From a bacterium (GTDB lineage: Bacteria; Elusimicrobiota; Elusimicrobia; UBA1565; UBA9628), in contig JAJZCM010000003.1 in the NCBI GenBank assembly GCA_021846045.1, positions 23,604 to 87,603 of the forward strand: a stretch of 64,000 nucleotides of DNA. The letters are read 5' to 3'. A model generated the notes under the pieces. That model searched no databases. It worked only from the letters and a program-made list of their open reading frames with translations, and was not told the origin of the DNA. This document shows positions 18,349 to 28,485 of the stretch, in pieces. The position numbers and the translations under genes were made by a program. Numbering within the stretch: the first letter of the stretch is position 1; the number at the start of each line of letters is the position of its first letter.

Positions 18349-20103
18349 ATGGCTGATAGAGCGTTGCTTGCTGATGTGATGGTCGCTTCCGGCTCGCTGA
18401 CTTCAGAACAAAAAGATAAAGCCCTTAAAACTTCCCAAGAGGCTCAATGCAGCTTTGAAGAGGCGGTTATTAAGCTCGGTTTTGCCTCCGAAGGCGCGGT
18501 CACCACGGCTTTATCCAAACAGTTGGGGCTTCCCTTGGCTTCCCGTGAAAATAAGATTTTGATACCGGAAAAGGGCCAAGGGCTTGAGAAACTCATTCCG
18601 GAAAATTTTGCCCGGGAACATTTAACGATTCCTCTTTTTCTTGAAGACGGGACTCTGGGAATTGCGATGGTCGACCCCACCAACATCATGCTTCAAGATA
18701 ATATTCGAGTCCTAACTTCTAAAACCATTCACCCCTTCGTAGCGGCGAAAACCCAGATTTTAAAGGCCATTGATGAGCTTTATGGCGGCAACGGAGAAGG
18801 CGGTTTAATTGGGCGAACGCTGGAAGAAGGCAAGAAAAGCGGCGGCGCCGTCGCTGAAGAATCCGATTCGGCAGATGTGCGGGTTGACCTTGACAAAGCC
18901 GTTTCGGGCTTAAAAGACGCCCAAATTATTTCTCTTATTAACGCGGTTTTAAAACAAGCCGTGACTGAGAGGGCTTCCGATATTCATCTGGAGAGTTTTG
19001 ATAACCGGGCGAGTTTGCGCTTTCGCATCGACGGAATTTTGTATGAAAAGAGTTCTCCTCCGAAAGCCATGTTCTCATCCTTAGTTTCACGCATTAAGAT
19101 TCTTTCGAAACTCGACATCGCGGAAAGGCGTTTGCCTCAAGACGGAACCTTCTCAATTAAACTTCAAAACCGCAACATCGATTTGCGCGTTTCAATTTGC
19201 CCTACGGTTTATGGGGAAAAAGTGGTTATGCGTATTTTAGACAAGGGGGCGGTAAATCTCGACGTCGATAAAATAGGCTTTGAACCGAAACAGAAGGCGG
19301 ACTTTTTAGACGCCGCCCACCAGCCGCATGGACTCATTTTCCTGACCGGTCCGACCGGTTCCGGAAAAACGACCACTCTTTACTCCGTTCTCAATACGAT
19401 TAAAACCCCGGAACTTAATTTCATGACCATTGAGGACCCGGTCGAAATAAAGCTCGACGGTCTTAATCAAGTCCAAGTTCGTTCCGATATTGGGCTGACT
19501 TTCGCCGCGGCCCTGCGCTCCTTTTTGCGTCAAGACCCGGATGTGATTCTCGTGGGAGAGGTGCGCGATCAGGAAACGGCCCAAACTTGCCTGCGCGCGG
19601 CTTTGACGGGGCACTTGGTTCTCTCGACCCTGCATACCAATGACGCGATGTCAACCGTCGTTCGTTTAATCGATTTAGGCATAGAACCCTTTCTTTTGTC
19701 CGGAAGTCTTCTTTTGGCGGCGGCGCAGCGCCTAGTTCGCATTCTTTGCCCTCATTGTAAAACGCCCTATAAGCCGGATCCTTCTCAACTCGCGTCCGGC
19801 ATTAAAGAAGCCATGTTGCCTCAAGCTCAAATTCCCAATCTTGCCAATATCGTCTTCTATAAACCGCGCGGCTGCGATAAATGTTCCCAGACCGGCTATA
19901 TGGGCCGCCGGGCGATCTATGAAATTTACCGCATTATTCCTGAAATGCGGGAAATCATTTATAAATACGGCGGGGATTTGGCGCGGCTTCGAGAGGTGGC
20001 GGTTAAAAACGAAATGTGGGATTTAAGAGCCAGCGGCTGGCGAAAAGTTTTAGCGGGGCTCACAACGACGGATGAAGTTTTGTCGGTGACGATGAAGGAA
20101 TAG
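18349..20103 (+). CDS. pilB: Type IV pilus/T2SS assembly ATPase (PilB/GspE)
   Basis: ASDIHLE, GPTGSGKTTTLY, LRQDPDVILVGEVRD, tetracysteine Zn motif. Confidence 0.93.
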   Translation: MADRALLADVMVASGSLTSEQKDKALKTSQEAQCSFEEAVIKLGFASEGAVTTALSKQLGLPLASRENKILIPEKGQGLEKLIPENFAREHLTIPLFLEDGTLGIAMVDPTNIMLQDNIRVLTSKTIHPFVAAKTQILKAIDELYGGNGEGGLIGRTLEEGKKSGGAVAEESDSADVRVDLDKAVSGLKDAQIISLINAVLKQAVTERASDIHLESFDNRASLRFRIDGILYEKSSPPKAMFSSLVSRIKILSKLDIAERRLPQDGTFSIKLQNRNIDLRVSICPTVYGEKVVMRILDKGAVNLDVDKIGFEPKQKADFLDAAHQPHGLIFLTGPTGSGKTTTLYSVLNTIKTPELNFMTIEDPVEIKLDGLNQVQVRSDIGLTFAAALRSFLRQDPDVILVGEVRDQETAQTCLRAALTGHLVLSTLHTNDAMSTVVRLIDLGIEPFLLSGSLLLAAAQRLVRILCPHCKTPYKPDPSQLASGIKEAMLPQAQIPNLANIVFYKPRGCDKCSQTGYMGRRAIYEIYRIIPEMREIIYKYGGDLARLREVAVKNEMWDLRASGWRKVLAGLTTTDEVLSVTMKE

Positions 20104-20111
20104 GAGGCGGT

Positions 20112-21332
20112 ATGTCTCAGTTTTCCTATGTGGTTCAGGATCCCAGGGGGGAAGCTGTTTCCGGAACCCTTGAGGCGGGAGACGAAAATGAGGCGGTCGC
20201 TGCCCTGCAATCAAAGGGCTATTTTATTTTGTCCTTGTCTTCAAAGGATACAAAGACAAGCGCGAAAGGAGTCTCTTTATCTAAAGCGGCGAAAGTTGCC
20301 CAGCAAGACTTGATTTTTTTCTCGGAACAGCTGTCCACTCTTTTAACCGGCGGAGTCCCCTTGGTGCGCGCGTTGTCGTTGCTTGGCGAACATACCAATT
20401 CTCCGGGGCTTCATGCGGTGGTCGGGGCCGTGACTCAAGATGTGTCCCGGGGAACGGCGCTTTATAAAGCCCTGTCAAAACACCCCGCTATTTTCGATAC
20501 CCTATGGGTTTCCTTAGTTCAAGCGGGAGAAATGGGTGGGCAACTGCCCAAGGTTTTGCGGCAAATCGCCAATTACTTGACGGCCCAATCGGAACTCCGC
20601 GGGAAAATCATGACCGCCCTGGCTTATCCTGCGGTCCTTGCTTGTATGTCGGGAGGGGTCCTCGCTTTTTTCGTCATCCATATCGTCCCGGTATTTGCGG
20701 ATATCTTTAAACAATTCCATATCAAGCTCCCGGTTCTGACCCAAATGGTCGTTTCTACCTCAGAATTAATTGTTCATCATCTCGGGTTGATTATTTTTGT
20801 CGTCATCGGTGGGTATATGGCTTGGAAATCCTATACCTCGACCGACGCCGGAAAAATCGCCAAATGGAATTTGATATTTGGCGTTCCGTTCTTTGGCGAA
20901 TTCATCAAAGATATCCTGGTCGAAAGACTTTTAACGACGCTCTCGACCCTGATTGAAAGCGGCGTCAGTATTCTCAACGCCATCGCGGTCTTGGAAGGGG
21001 TTTTTTCGGCCAATATTATTTTCCAGATAGCCCTGTCCGCCATTAAGGTCGATGTCGCGGCCGGGAAATCCATATCAGCGGCTTTTAGAAAATCGGCGGT
21101 TCTTCCGCCTCTGGTCACCGAAATGATGTTCATGGGGGAAGAATCGGGAAAACTGCCGGATATGCTTCAGACCATGTCCGGATTTTATCGGCTCCAAATT
21201 GATCAATTTACGCGCCGTTTTACCGCCATTATAGACCCCATACTTGTCGTTGGCATTGGGGGACTCGTGGGAGTCATTGTCTTGGCGGTTTTCATGCCGA
21301 TATTTAAAATGTCAACGATGGGGGGAAAATGA
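20112..21332 (+). CDS. pilC: Inner membrane platform protein (PilC/GspF)
   Basis: QAGEMGGQL, ALAYP, GEESGKL, two T2SSF repeats. Confidence 0.93.
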   Translation: MSQFSYVVQDPRGEAVSGTLEAGDENEAVAALQSKGYFILSLSSKDTKTSAKGVSLSKAAKVAQQDLIFFSEQLSTLLTGGVPLVRALSLLGEHTNSPGLHAVVGAVTQDVSRGTALYKALSKHPAIFDTLWVSLVQAGEMGGQLPKVLRQIANYLTAQSELRGKIMTALAYPAVLACMSGGVLAFFVIHIVPVFADIFKQFHIKLPVLTQMVVSTSELIVHHLGLIIFVVIGGYMAWKSYTSTDAGKIAKWNLIFGVPFFGEFIKDILVERLLTTLSTLIESGVSILNAIAVLEGVFSANIIFQIALSAIKVDVAAGKSISAAFRKSAVLPPLVTEMMFMGEESGKLPDMLQTMSGFYRLQIDQFTRRFTAIIDPILVVGIGGLVGVIVLAVFMPIFKMSTMGGK

Positions 21333-21333
21333 G

Positions 21334-21825
21334 ATGAGAGCGCGAGGCTTTACTCTTATTGAGCTTTTGGTGGTCATCTTAATTGTTGGAATACTCGCGG
21401 CCATTGGCTATCCCTCCTATATTCGCTCGATGGAGACCAGTAAGGCCAATGATGCCGTTGGATATTTGACGATGGCCGGAAACGCCGCTCGCATGTACGC
21501 GGTAGACCACAATGGATCTTACGTTCCAGCAGGCACAATTACCGATTCATGCGATGGCGTGCAAACTTGTCCGCAAGGGAATGTCTGTGACTTGGTTTAT
21601 TGCGGTTATATGCCAGCCGATAATTATAGCGAGAAGCCCTATACGATTACGATTCGAAATTGTAGTCCTAATACCTATTGTTCGCCATTGGCCTCTGTCA
21701 ATCGTCTCGGGGGCTCTTCCCCCGGCACAAACGCGTCCCCCTATGCATCTTGGGGCTACAACATTGATTCAAATGGAATCATTACTACGAACGGCGCCGC
21801 TGAGGTCCCACCCGTTCCGCAATGA
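21334..21825 (+). CDS. Type IV pilin
   Basis: MRARG|FTLIELLVVILIVGILAAIGYP prepilin motif; Cys-rich globular domain. Confidence 0.9.
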   Translation: MRARGFTLIELLVVILIVGILAAIGYPSYIRSMETSKANDAVGYLTMAGNAARMYAVDHNGSYVPAGTITDSCDGVQTCPQGNVCDLVYCGYMPADNYSEKPYTITIRNCSPNTYCSPLASVNRLGGSSPGTNASPYASWGYNIDSNGIITTNGAAEVPPVPQ

Positions 21826-21834
21826 CAGGCGACC

Positions 21835-22371
21835 ATGAAAGAAACAGGTTCGACCTTAATCGAGGTTTTAGCGGCCGTCCTTTTAACGGCTGTGATGACT
21901 TCCGCGGTTTTCAGCGTCGCTTTAGGCGCTAAGGGAGAATCAAAAATTACCGAAGAGCATAACTCGGCGTCTCAATGTATAACTCAACTGACCAATGAAC
22001 TCCATTCTTTCGTGACGGGCTATTGGAGTTACGGCACAAATTCTTTTAATCCCGTTATGCCGGAAATTTGTGGGCCGGAGTCTTCAGGGTGCGTTTATGG
22101 AGGAGGAAATTACTCGCAATGGACTTGGGCATCTTCAGGGGTCACGGATAGCTGTAGTGGTTGCTACGCGTTGTCGACCGGTGTGCATACCCTTACTGTT
22201 CAATCTAACGGCTTGACAGGTTTTAATGTGCCTTTTTGTATGCCTCCCTGGATGTGGCAGCCGCCGTACAGCGCGAATTTGTCCTACACGGTAACGTCTC
22301 CGCCGATTTCGTCAGGCCAACAAGTTGGCGGCCCCGGAGTTTCAGTCACGATAAACTGGAAAAATCAATGA
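21835..22371 (+). CDS. Minor pilin (PilV-like)
   Basis: G|STLIEVLAAVLL prepilin motif. Confidence 0.75.
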   Translation: MKETGSTLIEVLAAVLLTAVMTSAVFSVALGAKGESKITEEHNSASQCITQLTNELHSFVTGYWSYGTNSFNPVMPEICGPESSGCVYGGGNYSQWTWASSGVTDSCSGCYALSTGVHTLTVQSNGLTGFNVPFCMPPWMWQPPYSANLSYTVTSPPISSGQQVGGPGVSVTINWKNQ

Positions 22372-23009
22372 TGAGAAAGGCTTTGGGCTTTACCTTGGTT
22401 GAGATGATTGTCGCTCTCCTTCTAAGCTCCATTGTGATGATCGGCCTTATTGACATTACCGCCAGCATGCTTATGCGCCATTTTGAGGGAATTCGACATG
22501 GAAAAATTGATAGCGAAACCCTTTATTCCTTGGATCAAATGAGACTTGAGCTGGAAGCCGCGACCTATTACTCTTACCCCAATACGTCGCAGCCTTACGG
22601 CATGGCCATTCAAGGCTGCGGAAATTATTCTTCAGCGACAGGAACGCAAATTTATACGGGCGCAGGGGCAACCATGAACTCCTTTGCCTATTGTGTTGAA
22701 AATCATTGCACAGGAACCAACCAAGCGTGTGACCCCTCCGGATATGGCGGACCTTATGACCTTGTGCGCTATTCTCAAACAGGAAGCTGTATTTCTCTTT
22801 CTTGCGGCGGCAGCGGCGGGCAAACCCTGGTTTACCAAAATGTCTACTTGGAACCAAGTTTTTCAAACCCTTTTTATCTCAATCCGCAATTCGGCGGAAT
22901 TGATTCGCATATGATCGTGGGCTATCCCGTTGAGACCGGAGTTGAAAAAACTCCGGCTTATTATCAGATTGACACGACTTATATTCCGGATACGGGGCGC
23001 CTGCAATGA
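22368..23009 (+). CDS. Minor pilin (PilW-like)
   Basis: G|FTLVEMIVALLL prepilin motif; ATGA overlap with the previous gene. Confidence 0.8.
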   Translation: MMRKALGFTLVEMIVALLLSSIVMIGLIDITASMLMRHFEGIRHGKIDSETLYSLDQMRLELEAATYYSYPNTSQPYGMAIQGCGNYSSATGTQIYTGAGATMNSFAYCVENHCTGTNQACDPSGYGGPYDLVRYSQTGSCISLSCGGSGGQTLVYQNVYLEPSFSNPFYLNPQFGGIDSHMIVGYPVETGVEKTPAYYQIDTTYIPDTGRLQ

Positions 23010-23458
23010 AAAAAAAGGGCTCAGTTTCTAGGAGTTCCAAAGGGCAGATATTAACCAGCACTATTGTGACCGCTTTGATTGTGGTTATTATCGCGGCCGG
23101 CCTTATGCGCCTGGTGTTGATGAGATACATGGCCGCTAATAGAGTGACGCAGGAGGTTAAATATACCCGTTGCGTTCAATTGGCGGTGGCCCAATTTTTT
23201 TCAACCTGGGATAGGCTCACTACAGGCGCGAGTGGGGTGACTGATCCCTTTTGCAGTAGCGCACCGCCCCTGTTTAACTGTTCAGGGACCCCTGGCCAAT
23301 GCAGTTGCACTTGCACATTTACCAGTGGTTCCTTATCCGGCCTCACGGTTAGCGTTACGCCTGGTCCCAATGGTTTAAATCCGCCTTGCACTTTTACGGC
23401 GCAAACTACGACCAACACCTCCTCGCCATTTGCTTCGCAGACCCCTGTTTGCCAGTGA
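23006..23458 (+). CDS. Minor pilin (PilX-like)
   Basis: KG|QILTSTIVTALIVVIIAAGL, lacking Glu5; last of the pilin run. Confidence 0.6.
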   Translation: MKKKGSVSRSSKGQILTSTIVTALIVVIIAAGLMRLVLMRYMAANRVTQEVKYTRCVQLAVAQFFSTWDRLTTGASGVTDPFCSSAPPLFNCSGTPGQCSCTCTFTSGSLSGLTVSVTPGPNGLNPPCTFTAQTTTNTSSPFASQTPVCQ

Positions 23459-24357
23459 AGCGTCAAATATTTGTCACTGCCGATGATTTTGGGGCAAGCC
23501 CCGAGGTCAATGCCGCCATTATCCGCGCCTACAAAGAAGGGATTTTGCGCTACACGAGTTTGCTTGTTGACGCCCCGGCGGCTAAGGCGGCGGCGGAACT
23601 CGCCCGTCAAAACCCGGGCTTGGGAGTGGGGTTGCACTTGAATTTATGCGACTCAAATCCTGCCCTTTACGGACTTAAATATTTCTTCTTGCCGTCTTGG
23701 CGCAAGCGCTTGGAGCCTGAAATAAAGCGCCAGATGGAAAAACTGAAAAGTTTTGGCATTAATCCGACTCATGCCGACGGACATATCAATATCCATATCC
23801 ATCCCGTTATTTTCCCCGCTCTTTTGAGCGTTTGCAAAAAATTGGGCGTTTCCCGCGTCAGAATTCCTGCCGGAGAATACGGTCTGGGGATGCGCTATTT
23901 AAAAAAAGTCGTAACTACTCACGTCACCCCGACGAAAGTCGGGGTCCAGAGCAACGATTTTCTGGGTTCCGGCTTTCGCCGGAATGACGAACCTGAGCAG
24001 TTGCAAAAAATCTCTTTAGGAAGCAGAGTTGAATACGCGGCGTTTTGGACTTTGGGAAATTATTTAAAGAAAAAGGCCGAAATAATCGCGCCGGAAATTA
24101 AAATTTTTCCGCGCTCGTTTGGCCTTCTGCGTTCAGGGCGCATGAAAGAAGATTATGTTTTGTGGCTGCTTGAAAATCTGCCGGAAGGGGAAACTGAAAT
24201 TTATTTCCATCCCTCCTTGGACCCGGACAGCCGTGTTGCTGGAGAACGCCCAACTCCGAGCCATCAAACCTTAACCGAGTTTGAAACTTTGATTAGTCCG
24301 CGTATTTTAGAGGCTCTAAAACGTTCGGCTGTTTCATTGTCCCAGCGCGAGCTCTGA
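23455..24357 (+). CDS. hpnK: HpnK/ChbG (YdjC) family deacetylase carrying an in-frame 34-aa insertion
   Basis: TADDFG, GVGLHLNL, THADGHINIH, EIYFHP; next to hpnJIL. Confidence 0.85.
   Translation: MKRQIFVTADDFGASPEVNAAIIRAYKEGILRYTSLLVDAPAAKAAAELARQNPGLGVGLHLNLCDSNPALYGLKYFFLPSWRKRLEPEIKRQMEKLKSFGINPTHADGHINIHIHPVIFPALLSVCKKLGVSRVRIPAGEYGLGMRYLKKVVTTHVTPTKVGVQSNDFLGSGFRRNDEPEQLQKISLGSRVEYAAFWTLGNYLKKKAEIIAPEIKIFPRSFGLLRSGRMKEDYVLWLLENLPEGETEIYFHPSLDPDSRVAGERPTPSHQTLTEFETLISPRILEALKRSAVSLSQREL
23911..24004. mobile_element. 94-bp MITE-like palindromic element, copy 1 (in hpnK)
   Basis: Ends GTAACTACTCAC / CTGAGCAGTTGC; two internal hairpins; flanks AAAAAGTC / AAAAAATC. Confidence 0.85.
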
Positions 24358-25300
24358 GATAAATCAAAAACCCAAAGGAAGACCATAAAATTTCTCGGAT
24401 ATGGCGGATGATGGCGAAACTCAGCCCTTGCCCTGCCGTATATCCAAAAGCCTTAAAGATGAGAACTTTTCCAGCCTCCTGGGTTCCGAGTTTTGCCGGC
24501 ACCATAAAAAACACCGCCTCAAAGGCGTTGGAGAGGGCCTCAATGACCAGAGCCCTAAGGGCGCCGATAGGCAAATTCATGAAAGAGCATATGACCGCGA
24601 CTTCGATCATCATGCTTGCATATCCAACGGTAAAAAATAAAACGGAAAGCCCCATGCGGATGGGATGGGCTAAGAGATAACGGCGCATATTGCTTCTGAT
24701 TCCAGAAACGGAGGGGCCGCCGACATCGCAGATAAATCTCCCTTGCTTGTTTTGGTAGGAGAGAATAAACAGCGAAAATGCGATCAGCCCCGCCACAAAG
24801 AGGGCGCCCAAAACAATCCAACGAATTTCTCCGTTGCCTAGGGCGTCCATTTTTCTTAAAAGTAAAAAAAGAATTCCAACTAAAATAAAGGCCATTTGCC
24901 CTAAACTTTGGGATAGCTTTCCAATGAAAACGCTGGCGTTTTTTACTTCAGAGGAAAGTTCGCTTCCCAAAAAAGGCGGGCGAACGAATTCCCCGGCAAC
25001 GGTGGCCGAGGGGGTTAGATAATTGACGCCGTCTCCGGCGAGTCTGCCTTTAGCTAACGATATAAAAGGGACTTTGCCTGCGTCTTGGGGGGCGAGCGTA
25101 AAGCGCCAGGCCCAGGCATTGAGGCTTTGCTCAAGAATTGGAATGGGGAGAATGGCAAGAAACCCCCAAACGCCGAATTCACGGATATGAGCCAGTATTC
25201 TCGCGGGGCCGAGATGCTCGACAAGAAAAAAAAGCGTGATAAGCCCGATGATGATGACGAACCGGTGAAACCAAAGAAGGGTTTTCTTGCCCGCGCTCAT
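24293..25300 (-). CDS. HpnL-like / lysylphosphatidylglycerol synthase TM family membrane protein
   Basis: NYLTPSATVAGEFVR, VPAKLGTQEAG; follows hpnI. Confidence 0.8.
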   Translation of the reverse strand: MSAGKKTLLWFHRFVIIIGLITLFFLVEHLGPARILAHIREFGVWGFLAILPIPILEQSLNAWAWRFTLAPQDAGKVPFISLAKGRLAGDGVNYLTPSATVAGEFVRPPFLGSELSSEVKNASVFIGKLSQSLGQMAFILVGILFLLLRKMDALGNGEIRWIVLGALFVAGLIAFSLFILSYQNKQGRFICDVGGPSVSGIRSNMRRYLLAHPIRMGLSVLFFTVGYASMMIEVAVICSFMNLPIGALRALVIEALSNAFEAVFFMVPAKLGTQEAGKVLIFKAFGYTAGQGLSFAIIRHIREILWSSFGFLIYLRARAGTMKQPNVLEPLKYAD

Positions 25301-26472
25301 CTCTCGGTTGCGGCCAAAACGGGTTCTTCAATGGTTCCGGAGAAGGAATAGGTTTCTCCTCTCCAGGAGACCGCTTGATTTCGCCAGCCAATGGTCCAGG
25401 CGAAAAAAACAATGAGTTCGCTCATGGGCAGGAGAAAAAAGGAGAGCCAGTTTGATTTCATTCCGGCAGCGCTTAAAATCCGCTTTTGGGCCAGGAATTT
25501 GGCCAGAATGACGGCGGCCATGAGGAGCAGAATAGTTGGATTGAATCCGAAGAAAACTAAAGATAGGGCTAAAAAGGAAAATCCATGGAGAAACAAAAGG
25601 CCCAAGTATCCGGAGGGACGGCAGGTATAAATCGTGTGGGCCCATCGAATCTGATGCTTTAGATGTTTGAGAAACCCTGAATCCTCAGTGACGCACTCAA
25701 CCAGCGACTGGGCGGCCGCGATCTTGAGCCCGGCGGACTTGACGGCTTCGCCTAAAACGAAATCATCGGCTAAATATTGAGCCAGATAGGGGAAACCGCC
25801 GATATTCTCAAAAATATTCCGCCGGATCAACATCGCCGCTCCCATGGCAAAGCGCATTCCGTAAGCATAGGCCGTCATGGCTTGGGGGAGAAAATAGGCG
25901 TTGATGGACAAAGCTTCCATGGTGGGCCAGAATTTGAGGCTTTGAGCTCCTTGGTAAAACGAGGTGACTAGCCCGATTTGAGGATTTAGAAGAGGTTCGA
26001 CCATTTGCTTTAGAAAATCCTTTTGGACCCGGACATCGGAATCGGTGATCATTAAAAATTCATGCTTAATCAAGGGTTGGGCGGAAGAAACGTTATTGAT
26101 TTTTGGGTTGAGACCGAGAGGGGGATTGTTTCCTGAAAATACGATCTGAATGTCTAAACCGGGAAATTGATTTTTAATTTTTTTTGCGACGGATGCGGCG
26201 GGATCATTGGGGGTCGCGACGGTCAAGATAATCTGAAACTCGGGATAGTCCATTTCACAGAAACTCCTCAGATTTTCAAGAAGCCCTGTTTCAGCGCCCT
26301 TGAGAGGCTTGAGAATGGTGACCGGCGGATAAATCTTGCTTTTGAATGGGCGCTTTTTTATGACCGATGGCGCGGCAAAGGCGGTCAAGAGGGAAAAGGC
26401 GATTGAAAAGAGGGCGATGCCGTCAACGGTAAGGGCTAAAACTCCATGAACGGCGCTCGGTCCGAAAATCAT
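25297..26472 (-). CDS. hpnI: Hopanoid glycosyltransferase (ceramide glucosyltransferase-like)
   Basis: KPLKG, NPKINN, DSD, LADDFVLG, QIRW; follows hpnJ. Confidence 0.88.
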   Translation of the reverse strand: MIFGPSAVHGVLALTVDGIALFSIAFSLLTAFAAPSVIKKRPFKSKIYPPVTILKPLKGAETGLLENLRSFCEMDYPEFQIILTVATPNDPAASVAKKIKNQFPGLDIQIVFSGNNPPLGLNPKINNVSSAQPLIKHEFLMITDSDVRVQKDFLKQMVEPLLNPQIGLVTSFYQGAQSLKFWPTMEALSINAYFLPQAMTAYAYGMRFAMGAAMLIRRNIFENIGGFPYLAQYLADDFVLGEAVKSAGLKIAAAQSLVECVTEDSGFLKHLKHQIRWAHTIYTCRPSGYLGLLFLHGFSFLALSLVFFGFNPTILLLMAAVILAKFLAQKRILSAAGMKSNWLSFFLLPMSELIVFFAWTIGWRNQAVSWRGETYSFSGTIEEPVLAATER

Positions 26473-26480
26473 GCCAACGC

Positions 26481-27938
26481 CTAAACGGACGCCATGTCTT
26501 TTGCGGGAGACGCCGCTTGAGCGGTTTTTCGGTTGCGCAGGTATTGGAAAAACTCTTTTCCTTCCCGCAGACGGCGGCGGCGCTCGTTAGGATCTTTGAG
26601 CATTCCGGCCAGTATTCGCAATATGGGTTTCGGGCGGGCATAAAAGCGGGAATAAAAACGCAGTACCGCTTGCTCGATTTCAGCGCTTGAAAGATGCGGG
26701 TAGTGAAGGGTGCAGGCTTGGGTGCCGTCAGCGCGGGACAGGGCGCTTTCGTCATACCATTTGTTGGCCATGGCTTGACGATAGAGTTCGGTTCCGGGAT
26801 ACGGCGCCGACAAGGAGACTTGGATTGTCTTAACGTCGAGATCGCAGGCGTATTTCATCGTTTCTTCGATGGTTTCTTTGGTTTCTCCAGGAAGGCCAAG
26901 AATGAAGCAGCCATGGATGACGATGCCGAGTTCATGACAATTTTTCGTGAATTCCCTGGCGATGTCGGTGCGGACGCCCTTTTTGATGTTGTTGAGAATT
27001 TGCTGATTTCCCGATTCATAGCCCACCAAGAGGAGTCTCAACCCGTTTTCCCGGAATATTTTCAGGTATTCATAGGGGATATTGGCTCTCGAGTTGCAGG
27101 CCCAGGTGATGCCTAATTTTTTTAGCCCCTTGGCGATTTCAACAGCGCGCGATAGATTCGCGGTGAACGTATCATCGTCAAAAAAGAAATCTTTGACTTG
27201 GGGGAACATTTCTTTGGCGCGCGCCATTTCATTAAGGACGCTTTGAGCTGAGCGCACGCGGTAAAGATGCCCGCTGACGGTTTGCGGCCACAAGCAAAAG
27301 CTGCAGCGAGCCGGGCAACCGCGTCCGGTGTAAAGAGACAGGTAAGGGTGGCGGAGATACCCGTTGAAATAATTTTCGATGGTCAAGTCTCTTTTATAGA
27401 CGTCAATGACCGAGGGCAGCTCATCCATGTTTTCGATAAGCGGCCGGTCGTTGTTATGCGTAATACCGCCGTTTTTCCGGTAGCTCATTCCCAAGATACT
27501 CTCCCAGGGCTTTCCTTGGGCGATTTCAAGAATGGTGTAGTCGAATTCCTCGCGCGCGACAAAATCGAGATGCGGAGCGGCTTCCAATGATTCTTGCGGT
27601 AAAACCGCGACATGGGCGCCGACAAAGCCAATCAGTATTTGAGGATAAGCGTCTTTAAGAGCTTTGGCGACCTTGACGTCGCTGTCGAAAGAAGGGGTTG
27701 AGGTATGGATAATGCAGAGTTCAAAACCTTTCGCCCTTTGAATGACTTCGGTCAAACTCAGATCATCGGCCGGAGCGTCGATCAATTTTGAGCTTGGAAT
27801 CATCGCCGCCGGCTGAGCCAGCCAAGTCGGATACCAAAACGACCGAACCTCCCGGGTGGTTTGATAGCGGGAGCCCGCTCCGCCGTCGAAGCCTTCATAA
27901 GAAGGAGGGTTTAAAAAGAGCGTTCTCATTGTGTTCAT
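26481..27938 (-). CDS. hpnJ: Hopanoid biosynthesis B12-binding radical SAM protein
   Basis: FLNPPSYEGFDGGAGSRYQ, SFWYPTWLAQPAA, CPARCSFC. Confidence 0.95.
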   Translation of the reverse strand: MNTMRTLFLNPPSYEGFDGGAGSRYQTTREVRSFWYPTWLAQPAAMIPSSKLIDAPADDLSLTEVIQRAKGFELCIIHTSTPSFDSDVKVAKALKDAYPQILIGFVGAHVAVLPQESLEAAPHLDFVAREEFDYTILEIAQGKPWESILGMSYRKNGGITHNNDRPLIENMDELPSVIDVYKRDLTIENYFNGYLRHPYLSLYTGRGCPARCSFCLWPQTVSGHLYRVRSAQSVLNEMARAKEMFPQVKDFFFDDDTFTANLSRAVEIAKGLKKLGITWACNSRANIPYEYLKIFRENGLRLLLVGYESGNQQILNNIKKGVRTDIAREFTKNCHELGIVIHGCFILGLPGETKETIEETMKYACDLDVKTIQVSLSAPYPGTELYRQAMANKWYDESALSRADGTQACTLHYPHLSSAEIEQAVLRFYSRFYARPKPILRILAGMLKDPNERRRRLREGKEFFQYLRNRKTAQAASPAKDMASV

Positions 27939-27955
27939 AGGAATATACCTCTTAT

Positions 27956-28462
27956 TTAGGCGGCGGCCGGAATCAGTTTAAGGGCGGCTGTTTCAATCGA
28001 GAAGAGAGCGGCGGTAAAGAATAGATCGCCCAAAGCTGAATTTCTCAAAAAAGGAAGAGCAGCCATGTAGCAATTGATAAGGCCGGAGGCGTTATGGGCA
28101 TAGAGGCCGGAAGTCATCCAGACGCCGAAATTGGTCAGGATGAAAAATAACAATGAGCTTCCCAGGCAAGCGGCGGCCACCATCTGCGCGTTGCGGCGTT
28201 TCTTGAGAAAAAGTCCCAAGGCCGAGACCAAGATGAAAGAAACGTAGACAAAGGGCATTGTCCCATGGAAGCCCAAAAACAAGTCGCTTAAGAAAAGAGC
28301 GCCTAAGGGAACGGTTAAGGCTAAAGCCGGGGTTAAATAAGCCCCGCCCAAAAGAGCGATGGCCGTGAGAGGCGTGACGTTCGCCGGATGCGGCAAGAGG
28401 CGCGCGACGGCGCCCATTAAAATGACGCTGACGCTGACTGATACTGTTTTCTTGTGGTTCAT
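27956..28462 (-). CDS. DUF6580-like putative transporter (ECF S-component-like)
   Basis: RLLPHPANVTP, FFILTNFGVW, CYMAALPF. Confidence 0.75.
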   Translation of the reverse strand: MNHKKTVSVSVSVILMGAVARLLPHPANVTPLTAIALLGGAYLTPALALTVPLGALFLSDLFLGFHGTMPFVYVSFILVSALGLFLKKRRNAQMVAAACLGSSLLFFILTNFGVWMTSGLYAHNASGLINCYMAALPFLRNSALGDLFFTAALFSIETAALKLIPAAA

Positions 28463-28485
28463 ATGTTTTTATTATACCAAATTAA

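Noticed and set aside
28463..28485. Cobalamin riboswitch before the DUF6580-like gene
   Set aside because: The intergenic gap is only 23 bp and no riboswitch motif was recognised.
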